From contig CAWEBQ010000003.1 of the NCBI GenBank assembly GCA_963807385.1, positions 718,426 to 782,425 of the forward strand: a stretch of DNA of 64,000 nt. The letters run 5' to 3'. The notes under the pieces are model-generated. The model saw nothing but the letters and a program-made list of their open reading frames with translations, ran no database searches and was not told the DNA's origin. The DNA comes from an uncultured Solirubrobacterales bacterium (GTDB taxonomy: Bacteria > Actinomycetota > Thermoleophilia > Solirubrobacterales > 70-9). Every line of letters starts with the position of its first letter. The stretch's first letter is position 1. The translations under genes were made by a program, and so were the position numbers. This document shows, piece by piece, positions 38,903-47,805 of the stretch.

Positions 38903-38930
38903 TGACCCTGCCACAATTCGCGGCCGTCTC

Positions 38931-39836
38931 ATGAGGATTCCCCTCTTCAGCCGCCGGCATGTACCAGACCCCGCCCCGTTCGTCGTCGGCGTCGGCCGCT
39001 CCGGCACGACGCTGCTGCGCCTGATGCTGGACGCGCATCCCCGGCTTGCGATGCCCCCGGAGACGGGCTTTATCCCCGGGCTCATCGCGGCCGCCAAGGA
39101 GCCGGGCGCCACCCCCGAGAGCGCCCTGGCCGCCGTCACGGGCCACCGCAAGTGGGGGGACTTCCCGATGTCTGAGGACGAGCTGCTCGAGCGCTGGCGG
39201 GGGCTCGATCGCGTGCGCCCGAGGGGCGTCGTCCGGGCCTTCTACGAACTCTACGCCGAGCATCAGGGTAAGCCGCGCTGGGGCGACAAGACCCCCGGCT
39301 ACACGATGTACATGGGGCGGATCTCGCGAACGCTGCCCGAGGCCCGCTTCGTGCACGTCATCCGCGACGGCCGCGCCGTCGCCCTTTCGCGGATGCGAAC
39401 GCTCGCGCTGCGGCCCGTCGAGATCAGCAAGGTGGCGAACCGCTGGCAGAAGCGGGTCCGCAAGGCGCGCGCGAAGGGAGCCGAGCTCGATCACTACCTG
39501 GAGATCCGGTACGAGTCGCTCGTTCGCGAGCCCGAGTCCACGCTGAGGCACGTTTGCGAGTTCATCGAGCTCGACTGGGATCCGGCGCTGCTCGATTACC
39601 ACCGCCGCTCCGAGGAGCGCCTGGCCGAGCTCGACCGCGATATCCCCGCCTGGGGGAAGAAGCTACCCCGCTCGGCGGAGAGCCGCATGGCCCTGCACCA
39701 GCAGACGACCAAGCCGCCGGACACCGCGCGCATCGATCGCTGGCGCGACGAGCTCTCGGCGGAGGACGTGGAGGCCTTCGAGTCGGTGGCGGGCGACCTG
39801 CTGAGCGAGCTGGGCTACGAGCCCGCCTCGGCGTGA
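38931..39836 (+). CDS. TPST-like PAPS-dependent sulfotransferase
   Basis: The ATG at 38931 gives MRIPLFSRRHVPDPAPFVVGVGRSGTTLLRLMLDAHPRLAMPPETGFIP...KPRWGDKTPGY...VIRDGRAVALS...LEIRYESLV...AGDLLSELGYEP. Confidence 0.88.
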   Translation: MRIPLFSRRHVPDPAPFVVGVGRSGTTLLRLMLDAHPRLAMPPETGFIPGLIAAAKEPGATPESALAAVTGHRKWGDFPMSEDELLERWRGLDRVRPRGVVRAFYELYAEHQGKPRWGDKTPGYTMYMGRISRTLPEARFVHVIRDGRAVALSRMRTLALRPVEISKVANRWQKRVRKARAKGAELDHYLEIRYESLVREPESTLRHVCEFIELDWDPALLDYHRRSEERLAELDRDIPAWGKKLPRSAESRMALHQQTTKPPDTARIDRWRDELSAEDVEAFESVAGDLLSELGYEPASA

Positions 39837-40699
39837 GCGATCCACGGCCCGTCCTGGTCGTCGGGCTGCAGAAGTCGGGGACGAGCCTGCTGCTGCGCCT
39901 GCTGTCTGAGACCAGCGCGTTCCGCAACCCGGTCCGCTTCGAGGGGCGCGAGCTGTGGGGAGACGACCCGCCGTTCGCACCAACCGCCTTTCCGGCGGGG
40001 ACGTTCTACCAGCGCGAGGGCGGCGAGAACGGGCACGAGCTGGGCGTCGCCGAGGCCACCGACGAGGTGCGCGAGCACCTTGAGCGGGCGCTGGCGGGCG
40101 CCGCGAGGCCGGGCAAGTCCCTGGTCCTGAAGAACCCGTACAACACCGTCCGCGTCCCATGGCTGCGCGCCCTGCTGCCGGACGCCGTGATCGTCGGCGT
40201 CGTGCGCCGAGCCTTGCCGAACACCTTCTCCCTGGTCAAGAAGCACGTCGAGAACCCTCACGTCCACCGCGGCCCGGAGGAGGGCTGGTGGGGGGTAAAG
40301 CCGGCCGGCTGGCGCGGGATCGTCTCCGAGGACAAGGTCGTGCAGGCGGCGCACCAGTGGGCGGGCGTAAACGGCAAGCTCTGGACGGACAGGGCGACCC
40401 TCGACCTGCTGGTCCCCTATCAGGATCTGTGCGCGGATCCTGCGGGGTTCGTGGGCCGGATCGGCGAGCTGGCCACGGACCGGGCGGTGACCGGGGAGTT
40501 CCCCGCCCTCGAAGCGCTCGACGACGAGTTCGAGCGCGGGGGCCCCTTGGAGTCTGCGAACCGCGTCTTCAAGCGCACCGGGTCGCTCGACCTCGAAGGA
40601 GCCGAGCGGGACCCGGCGCACCTCGAGCCGTACACGGAGGCCCAGCGCGCAAGGGTGCTCGCGATCTGCGAGCCGGTCGCGGCCCAGTTCGGGCTCTAA
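39833..40699 (+). CDS. Divergent sulfotransferase-family protein
   Basis: The GTG at 39833 overlaps the preceding stop (GTGA). It has a P-loop-like 5'-PSB motif VVGLQKSGTSLLLRLL and a later block LVLKNPYNTVRVPWLRALLPDAVIVGVVRRALPNTFS. The first part of track ORF 39554.. is a shadow. Confidence 0.7.
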   Translation: MSDPRPVLVVGLQKSGTSLLLRLLSETSAFRNPVRFEGRELWGDDPPFAPTAFPAGTFYQREGGENGHELGVAEATDEVREHLERALAGAARPGKSLVLKNPYNTVRVPWLRALLPDAVIVGVVRRALPNTFSLVKKHVENPHVHRGPEEGWWGVKPAGWRGIVSEDKVVQAAHQWAGVNGKLWTDRATLDLLVPYQDLCADPAGFVGRIGELATDRAVTGEFPALEALDDEFERGGPLESANRVFKRTGSLDLEGAERDPAHLEPYTEAQRARVLAICEPVAAQFGL

Positions 40700-42489
40700 C
40701 CGCGGGCCGCTGCTGCGAGCGTGCTCAGATGCGGTGCGAAACCCGCGCGCCAGGCGATGCGGGTGAGCATCCGCTCGTCGTGGGGACGCCCGCCGCCGTC
40801 GCGCGAGCGCTCCCACATCGCGCGGACCGCCTCCGGCTCGAAGACATCCTCCCAATCCCCCGCCGCGGCGATCAGCGCCTCCATCTCCTCGCGCCGCGCC
40901 GGCTGCTCGTAGAGGCGCCGGCGCGTGACGGGCCCGGCCGTCTCGGCCTCGAAGATGCGCACGCCCGCCCATTCTCCGAGCAGGCGCTCGACCAGGAGCG
41001 GGTGCAGCTTCGCGCGGACCCTCTGCAGCGGCTCGAGGTCGAAGCACGCGCGGACGAAGGCTGGGGTCGAGCAGGCCGACGAGCGGTCGTTCCGCGCCCC
41101 GAGGCCGGAGCGGAAGGCCAGGCGCTCGGTGAGGTAGTAGTAGTCGGTGAGAGAGGCGCCGCTGAGGCCCAGCTCGCGGCCGGACTCGAAGGCCCGGGTT
41201 GCCCCCTCACGAAACGTCGCGTAGGCCTCGGGCCGGGCGGCATCCCGCTTGCGCCTCGCCATCCGCTCGAACTTCTCGGCGAGCTGCGGGATGTCCATCG
41301 CCTCGGCGCGCTCCATCTTGCGCCGGCCCCCGTAGTAGAAGCCATGGCCCAGCTCCCCACCATGGCCGGAGACGATCGGCGGCAGGAAGCCGGACTGGGG
41401 CAGATCGAGCGGACCGCGGATCAGCGAGTGCGGGTTGAGCATCCCGTCGTGCACCAGGTGGTAGTCCGCCACCCGGTCCGCGATCGCATCGTCCTCGGTG
41501 GGGCTCTCCGCCGCGCGGACGACATGGTCGAGGGGCCTCGGCGCGGCGTCGAGCAGCTCTTGGACGACGTCCAGCTCCCCCGGCTCGAGGTCGACGGTCT
41601 GGAAGCGGCCGTCGATCCCGGCGGCGACGGCCGCGGCGGCGGAGACCCGCGAGTCGCGCCCACCGGAGAGGTCGATCGCCAGGCCGCAGGACCAGTTGGC
41701 GCGAAGGTCCCGGAACAGGCCCTTCGCCGCGCTCGCGGCGGCATCGGCGGAGCGGCCCAGCCTGGCCCGCCGGGGGCTCACCAGCTCGATCGCCCGGCGT
41801 GCCCGCGCCCGCCCTACCTCGATCCCCGACGGGCCGGGGCGAACCGTGAGCGCGCTCGCGCGGGGCACCTTCCGAGCTCCGGCGATCGCCGTCTCCTCGC
41901 CGAGGAACCAGCCCGTCGCCGCAAGCATCCCCCACGCGCGCTCGTCGAGCGCCGGGACCTCGCCGGCGAAGACCGGGAGCGCGCCCAGGCGGTTTGACCA
42001 CACCCGTAGGCCACCGCTCTCCAGTTCGTAGAGGCGAGCGGTGCCGATGAAGTCGTTGGCGACGTGCAGGTCCCCGGTGGCGGTGTCACGGACGCCCATG
42101 AGAAGCGGCGGATTGAGCTCGGCGATCAGGTCCGGGTCGGCCACCAGGCGGGCGGCCAGATCGGTCGCCGCCTCCGCGGGTGCAAGCTCGCCCAGGAGCG
42201 CGCCCCATCCGGTCGGCGGCGAGGTCCAGGCGACGGCGCGGCCGTCGCGCTCACTCCACAGCGGCCACAGGCGTCGCTCGTCGTCTCGGGCGAGCAAAGC
42301 AAGGCCAGTGCGGTGACCGAAGCTGGCGTGGCGAAGGAGCGGCTCCTCCGACAACGGCCCGTAGTGAGCCTCGACCCGGGCCAGAGCCCGCTCGACCTGG
42401 TCGTGCGGGACCTCACCGTCGTACGCCCACGCCAGCCAGGTGTGCTCGATGTAGTTGGGAACGCGGACGAGGCCGCCGTCGTCCGCCAT
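40696..42489 (-). CDS. Asparagine-synthase-like (PP-loop adenylating) enzyme lacking the N-terminal catalytic Cys
   Basis: 597 aa with PP-loop motif AIDLSGGRDSRV and AsnB-like C-terminal architecture. The N-terminus is MADDGG... rather than MCG. Its start overlaps the upstream gene's stop by 1 nt. Confidence 0.7.
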   Translation of the reverse strand: MADDGGLVRVPNYIEHTWLAWAYDGEVPHDQVERALARVEAHYGPLSEEPLLRHASFGHRTGLALLARDDERRLWPLWSERDGRAVAWTSPPTGWGALLGELAPAEAATDLAARLVADPDLIAELNPPLLMGVRDTATGDLHVANDFIGTARLYELESGGLRVWSNRLGALPVFAGEVPALDERAWGMLAATGWFLGEETAIAGARKVPRASALTVRPGPSGIEVGRARARRAIELVSPRRARLGRSADAAASAAKGLFRDLRANWSCGLAIDLSGGRDSRVSAAAAVAAGIDGRFQTVDLEPGELDVVQELLDAAPRPLDHVVRAAESPTEDDAIADRVADYHLVHDGMLNPHSLIRGPLDLPQSGFLPPIVSGHGGELGHGFYYGGRRKMERAEAMDIPQLAEKFERMARRKRDAARPEAYATFREGATRAFESGRELGLSGASLTDYYYLTERLAFRSGLGARNDRSSACSTPAFVRACFDLEPLQRVRAKLHPLLVERLLGEWAGVRIFEAETAGPVTRRRLYEQPARREEMEALIAAAGDWEDVFEPEAVRAMWERSRDGGGRPHDERMLTRIAWRAGFAPHLSTLAAAARG

Positions 42490-43421
42490 CAGGAGGAGCG
42501 CTCCGCGCGGCGCGCCTGGACATCGGCGAATGATTCATCTCGACTCGGCTTGAGCGGCAGGCGCGCCGCGAGCCAACGGCGGCGCTCGGAGTCCGCAAGC
42601 GGCGGCAGCAGCTCGTCCAGGAACCCTTCGACGTGGGCCCAGCGGTGCAGGTGCACGTGGACGAGGTCGTCGAGCTCGAGCGCCGATGCCGCGCCGGGCA
42701 GGCGGGCGCGCTGCGGCAGCGGGTAGTTGTAGGGCTCGGACAGCTCCCAGACCTCCTCGTGGCGGTCGGCGATCGTCGCCGCCCAGCTCATCTGGTCCAT
42801 CAGCTCAGGCTTGGCGTGGATGCACCCGGCGCCGACGAGGCGCTCGTGCGCCGCCTCCCAGGCGGAGAAGAGGCCAGCCGCACGCCGCGCCGCCAGCAGG
42901 CCGGCGTTCCAGTACGCGCGCACCCGAACGCCATCGACGGCGGTGAAGACGAAGGGCTCCGAGCTGACCCCCGCCGTCGCGTATAGCCGCTGCCACCACT
43001 CCTCGGCCTCGCCGTCATCCGGGCCGCGCGAGGCGGCGCGTGCGACGCCGACGGGCTTGGCCGCAGCGATCCAACTCCCCGTCGCCAGGTCCGACGGCTC
43101 GTTGACGAAGGCGCAGTCGCTGTCGGTGAAAACGAGGGTGGTGAAGTCCAGCTCTCGCTCGGCCCAGGCGGCCGCGTAGACCTTGTTCCATGTTGGGTGA
43201 TCGAGGTGGCGTTCGTTCAGGGGCTCGTCGATCAGCTCCACGCCGAGCCGGCCGAGCGCGGCTCTGGTCTCGGCGCCCGGGCCCAGGCCCGGTCGCGGCG
43301 CGAACGCGTAGACGGGCGCCTCGGCGTGAGCCCCCCCGAACTCCCGCAGCGACGAGACGCACAGGAGGGACTGCGCCTCCAGGGGGCCGCGCTCGACGCA
43401 GAGAAGGAAGGCCATCGACAT
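42489..43421 (-). CDS. Putative GT-A-like nucleotide-sugar transferase of an unassigned family (DxD motif)
   Basis: 310 aa: MAFLLCVERGPLEAQSLLCVSSLREFGG...LVFTDSDCAF...YWNAGLLAAR. It is collinear with the C-terminal half of 49829..51709. Confidence 0.6.
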   Translation of the reverse strand: MSMAFLLCVERGPLEAQSLLCVSSLREFGGAHAEAPVYAFAPRPGLGPGAETRAALGRLGVELIDEPLNERHLDHPTWNKVYAAAWAERELDFTTLVFTDSDCAFVNEPSDLATGSWIAAAKPVGVARAASRGPDDGEAEEWWQRLYATAGVSSEPFVFTAVDGVRVRAYWNAGLLAARRAAGLFSAWEAAHERLVGAGCIHAKPELMDQMSWAATIADRHEEVWELSEPYNYPLPQRARLPGAASALELDDLVHVHLHRWAHVEGFLDELLPPLADSERRRWLAARLPLKPSRDESFADVQARRAERSS

Positions 43422-43504
43422 GAGCCGGGCGAGGATAGGCGCAAAGCCGCAACGTGCGGGAACGCCGCGGCAGGGCCACCGCAGCGGCGTCTAGCATCGG
43501 CGCC

Positions 43505-44359
<855 letters not shown>

Positions 44360-44381
44360 GCCGACCGCCGGGAGCACGGCT

Positions 44382-45011
44382 TTGGCGGTCCTCGCCGAGT
44401 TCGACCGCCAGCTCGCCACGCTGCTGGAGCGCGGCTACGCCGGCGCGGCGGGCCTCGACGAGGCAGGCTTTTTGGCCCGGCTGGAGCCACTTCGCGCGCC
44501 GGCCGCCTCCCTGGCCACCGAGGCCGACGCCGAGGCCGGGCGCTTCGGCTTCGTGCTCGTGCCGAGTCGGCCCCTGGTGCCGGCGGCGGCCGGGATCGGA
44601 CTCGTTGAGCGCCGGGGCAAGGCCGGATTCCTCGCGATGCTCGACGCACAGGACCTTGACCGGTTCGGCCCGATCGACGGCGTGAGCGAGCCCGACGCGC
44701 CGGCCTACCTGCTCGCCGACGTCTCGAGCGGCCGCGAGAGCCTGAACGTCACCCCCGACGCAGCCGTCGCGGCCCAACTGGAGGCGGGGCGCACGCCCCT
44801 AACTGTCGAGGAGGGCGTCGCGCTGGCCACCCAGTTCCCCGAGGCCGTCGCCACCAACGGCGGTTTCTCGCTGGCCGGCTCGCGCTGCGGCGACCGGCGC
44901 GTGGTCGCGCTCTGGATCAGCGGGGGGGCGCCGAAGATGGGCTGGTGCTGGGCCGGCAACCCGCACACCTGGCTCGGTACCGCCTCGTGCCGAGGACGCA
45001 TCGCCGCCTAA
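44382..45011 (+). CDS. Conserved-looking hypothetical protein
   Basis: 209 aa with a TTG start. Third positions are GC-rich, and it is tightly packed between purC and a sulfotransferase. The C-terminal GWCWAGNPHTWLG looks like a conserved block, but I cannot name a family. Confidence 0.55.
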   Translation: MAVLAEFDRQLATLLERGYAGAAGLDEAGFLARLEPLRAPAASLATEADAEAGRFGFVLVPSRPLVPAAAGIGLVERRGKAGFLAMLDAQDLDRFGPIDGVSEPDAPAYLLADVSSGRESLNVTPDAAVAAQLEAGRTPLTVEEGVALATQFPEAVATNGGFSLAGSRCGDRRVVALWISGGAPKMGWCWAGNPHTWLGTASCRGRIAA

Positions 45012-45021
45012 GCTCAGCGCC

Positions 45022-45957
45022 GTGAACCTGTTCGTCCAGGGGATGCGCCGATCGGGCACGACGATCCTCTACGACGCCCTGCTCGAGGATCGCGAGCTGC
45101 GCTCGTTCTACGAGCCCCTGCGCGAGCAGAAGGTCTCGGTCGGCGGCGGCAGCGGCGCGCGCACCGGGGATGCGTTCGGCGAGACCGGTGCGCTGCGCGA
45201 GGCGTTCCGCGCCGATCGGTACCCAAAGCTCGACATCTCCGAGTTCAACTGGGGCGGGCCACGGAAGCCCCCGCTCGAGGTGGAGCCCGGGCTGCCGGAG
45301 CACGCGATGGAGTGGCTGCGCCACCTGCTGGGCACAGCGCCCGCGGTTGCGATCAAGGAGACGCGCTTCTACTCGAAGGTCCCGGAGCTTGTGAAGCTCG
45401 ACGCCGATGCAGCGCTCGTCCACGTCGTGCGGGACCCCCGCGCAGTGGCGGCCTCGATCGTGCTCGGGCGAGGGCGGCGCCAGGCCGAGAGGCTGCCCGA
45501 CGCCGACGCCTTCTTCGCCGACCGCTCGGAGCGCAAGCTCTGGTCGTGCCGCCCGATCTCGCGGCGGCTGATCCGCAAGGGACTCGCCTCTGGCGCCGAT
45601 GCCGCCTTCCTCGGGGATCCGTCGAACGTCCTGCGCGTGCTGCTGGTATGGAAGCTGACCTTCGAGCGCACGTTCGCCGAGGGTCGGCGGCTCTTCGGCG
45701 AGCGCTACCGCCTGGTGCGCAACGAGGACCTGCGAGGTGATCCCGCCGCGGCGCTCGGCTCCGTCTACGGAATCCTCGGCCGCGAGGTGCCCGCGGAGGT
45801 GGCGGCGTGGGCCGCCGCCAACGTACGCGAGCCCGAGCCCGTCTACGCCGCGGGCGACCCGCGCTGGGCCGAGGAGCTGCGGCGGGCCGGCATCTCGGAC
45901 GGGGTGCTGGCCGACGCGGGGTATTCCGCGGACCCGGCGGGTACGCTGGGCGCGTGA
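45022..45957 (+). CDS. Divergent sulfotransferase-family protein
   Basis: The GTG start gives MNLFVQGMRRSGTTILYDAL (5'-PSB). It also has AIKETRFY...LVHVVRDPRAVAASI (3'-PB-like). The stop overlaps the purS start (GTGA). Confidence 0.72.
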   Translation: MNLFVQGMRRSGTTILYDALLEDRELRSFYEPLREQKVSVGGGSGARTGDAFGETGALREAFRADRYPKLDISEFNWGGPRKPPLEVEPGLPEHAMEWLRHLLGTAPAVAIKETRFYSKVPELVKLDADAALVHVVRDPRAVAASIVLGRGRRQAERLPDADAFFADRSERKLWSCRPISRRLIRKGLASGADAAFLGDPSNVLRVLLVWKLTFERTFAEGRRLFGERYRLVRNEDLRGDPAAALGSVYGILGREVPAEVAAWAAANVREPEPVYAAGDPRWAEELRRAGISDGVLADAGYSADPAGTLGA

Positions 45958-46214
45958 AGGCAACGGTCCTGATCCGGCCCAAGGAGGGCATCCTCGACCC
46001 GCAGGGCAAGGCGGTCGAGCGCGCCCTGCCGGCGCTCGGGTTCTCGGGCATCTCCGGGGTGCGCGTCGGGCGCATGGTGGAGCTCGAGGTCGAGGACGCC
46101 GACGACCTGCCCTCCCTCTGCGAGAAGCTCCTCGCGAACCCGCTGATCGAGGACTATGAAGTACTGCCTGATGCCTCCTCCGCTTCGCGTCCGGGGGCAT
46201 CAGGGTCCGAGTGA
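45954..46214 (+). CDS. purS: FGAM synthase subunit PurS
   Basis: The GTG at 45954 gives VKATVLIRPKEGILDPQGKAVERALPALGF..V..VRVGR..ELE. Confidence 0.88.
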   Translation: MKATVLIRPKEGILDPQGKAVERALPALGFSGISGVRVGRMVELEVEDADDLPSLCEKLLANPLIEDYEVLPDASSASRPGASGSE

Positions 46215-46879
46215 CATTCGGGGTCCTTCAGTTCCCCGGCTCCTGCGACGAGCGCGATGCGCTTGCGGCCTGTGAGCGCGCCGGTGAGGCGCGGATGGTC
46301 TGGCACGAGGACACCGACCTGTCCGGTATCGATGCCGTCGTCGTGCCCGGCGGCTTCTCCTACGGCGACTACCTGCGGGCCGGGGCGATCGCACGCTTCT
46401 CGCCGGCGATGGGCGCCGTCGCCGGGTTCGCCGCCGCAGGCGGGCCGGTGCTCGGGATCTGCAACGGCTTCCAGGTTCTGTGCGAGGCGGGCCTGCTTCC
46501 CGGCGCGCTGCTGCCGAACGAGAGCGTCCGGTTCCTCTGCCGCCAGGTCGATCTGGTGGTCGAGAACGCGGACACTGCCTTTACTCGGGAGTGCTCGGTC
46601 GGCCAAACCCTCTCGATCCCCGTCAAGCACATGTCGGGGCGCTATTTCGCCCCGGACGAGCAGCTCGACGCGATGCAGGCGAGTGGCCAGGTGGTCCTGC
46701 GCTACGCCACCGGCCAGAACCCGAACGGCTCGGTTCGTGATGTGGCCGGCGTGATCAACGAGGCGGGCAACGTCATGGGCCTCATGCCCCACCCCGAGCA
46801 CGCGGTCGACGAGCTCGCGGGCTCGGCCGACGGGCTCGCGCTGTTCCGGTCCATGGCCGCCGTGCCCGCCGCGGCATAG
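46211..46879 (+). CDS. purQ: FGAM synthase glutaminase subunit PurQ
   Basis: Contains FGVLQFPGSCDERD, VVPGGFSYGDYLR, GICNGFQVL and MPHPE. Confidence 0.95.
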   Translation: MTFGVLQFPGSCDERDALAACERAGEARMVWHEDTDLSGIDAVVVPGGFSYGDYLRAGAIARFSPAMGAVAGFAAAGGPVLGICNGFQVLCEAGLLPGALLPNESVRFLCRQVDLVVENADTAFTRECSVGQTLSIPVKHMSGRYFAPDEQLDAMQASGQVVLRYATGQNPNGSVRDVAGVINEAGNVMGLMPHPEHAVDELAGSADGLALFRSMAAVPAAA

Positions 46880-47683
46880 ATGGCCGAGGGCACGGGGCGC
46901 CCCCGGCAGCGCTACCTGCTCCCGATCCCTACCCCGGAAGCGCCCCCGGGGCAGGTGACCGGCCCGCCGGACCTGATCGGGATCGGGGCCCAGCGCGCCG
47001 GGACGACCTGGTGGTGGCGCGGCGCGGTCCGCTCTCACCCCGGCTTCGCCCGCGACGTAAAGCCCGGCAAGGAGCTCCACTTCTTCGACCGCTTCTGGGA
47101 CGGGCGCGAGGTGCCCTCCGACCTCGCCGAGCAGTACGCGCTCCAGTTCCCCAGGCCCGAGGGAAAGCTCACGGGCGAGTGGACGCCCCGCTACATGCAC
47201 GACTACTGGACCCTGCCGCTGCTCCGCGCCGCTGCGCCGGAGGCGCGGATCCTGGTGATGCTGCGCGACCCCGTCGCCCGCTACCGCTCGGGCATCGCAC
47301 GCGAGCTGGGCATCGCCGGGAAGGCGGGCGAACCCCTGGAGATCGCGATCGTCGGCGACGCCGTGTACCGCAGCCTCTACAGCTCCCAGCTCCGGCGCCT
47401 CTTCGAGCTGTACGAGCGCGAGCGGGTGTTGGTCCTCCAGTACGAGCGCTGCGAGGCCGACCCCCTGGGGGAGATGCGACGCACCCACGAGTTCCTGGGT
47501 CTCGAGCCGCTCACCGAGATCCCGGGGGACCTCGACCGGCAGGTGGGGACCGCCCGCGAGAAGGTTCGCCTGGCTCCACTTTTGGAGGCGGAGTTGGCCG
47601 GTCGCCTCACCGAGGACGCACACAGGACCAGCGATCTGTGCCCTGAGATTGACCTCTCGCTGTGGCCCAGCGTCGGCGGATAG
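46880..47683 (+). CDS. Sulfotransfer_1-type (heparan-sulfate-ST-like) carbohydrate sulfotransferase
   Basis: The ATG directly abuts the purQ stop. Blocks are IGIGAQRAGTTWW, KELHFFD, EWTPRY and ILVMLRDPVARYRSG, which align by eye with the GxxKxGT / HFFD / TPxY / LRDPxxRxxS blocks of animal HS 3-O/N-sulfotransferases. Confidence 0.8.
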   Translation: MAEGTGRPRQRYLLPIPTPEAPPGQVTGPPDLIGIGAQRAGTTWWWRGAVRSHPGFARDVKPGKELHFFDRFWDGREVPSDLAEQYALQFPRPEGKLTGEWTPRYMHDYWTLPLLRAAAPEARILVMLRDPVARYRSGIARELGIAGKAGEPLEIAIVGDAVYRSLYSSQLRRLFELYERERVLVLQYERCEADPLGEMRRTHEFLGLEPLTEIPGDLDRQVGTAREKVRLAPLLEAELAGRLTEDAHRTSDLCPEIDLSLWPSVGG

Positions 47684-47726
47684 CCGCTCTGCGCGCCCGC
47701 CTGCCCGACTGTGAATTTTCGCAAGT

Positions 47727-47745
47727 GACCACCGCATAGGTGGTC
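47727..47745 (+). terminator. Small hairpin in the only sizeable low-GC gap of the sulfotransferase region
   Basis: GACCACC-gcata-GGTGGTC (7-bp stem). No U-tract. It could instead be a regulatory site for the operon starting at 47806. Confidence 0.25.
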
Positions 47746-47805
47746 TGACGCGAATACTCGAGGGTGAGACGCTTGGGACGAGAAGCCCTACCTACACTCC
47801 GCGCC

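Noticed and set aside
38902-38907. TTGACC as a -35 element for the plus-strand sulfotransferase gene
   Set aside because: No acceptable -10 hexamer lies 16-19 nt downstream, before the ATG at 38931. The promoter cannot be defined from the sequence alone.
38862-38930. Upstream extension of the sulfotransferase ORF (track start 38862), and the long form of the csoR ORF (to 39151)
   Set aside because: The two extensions overlap each other antisense, and the operator-like palindrome lies within both. The homologous protein cores begin at 38931 and 38875 respectively.
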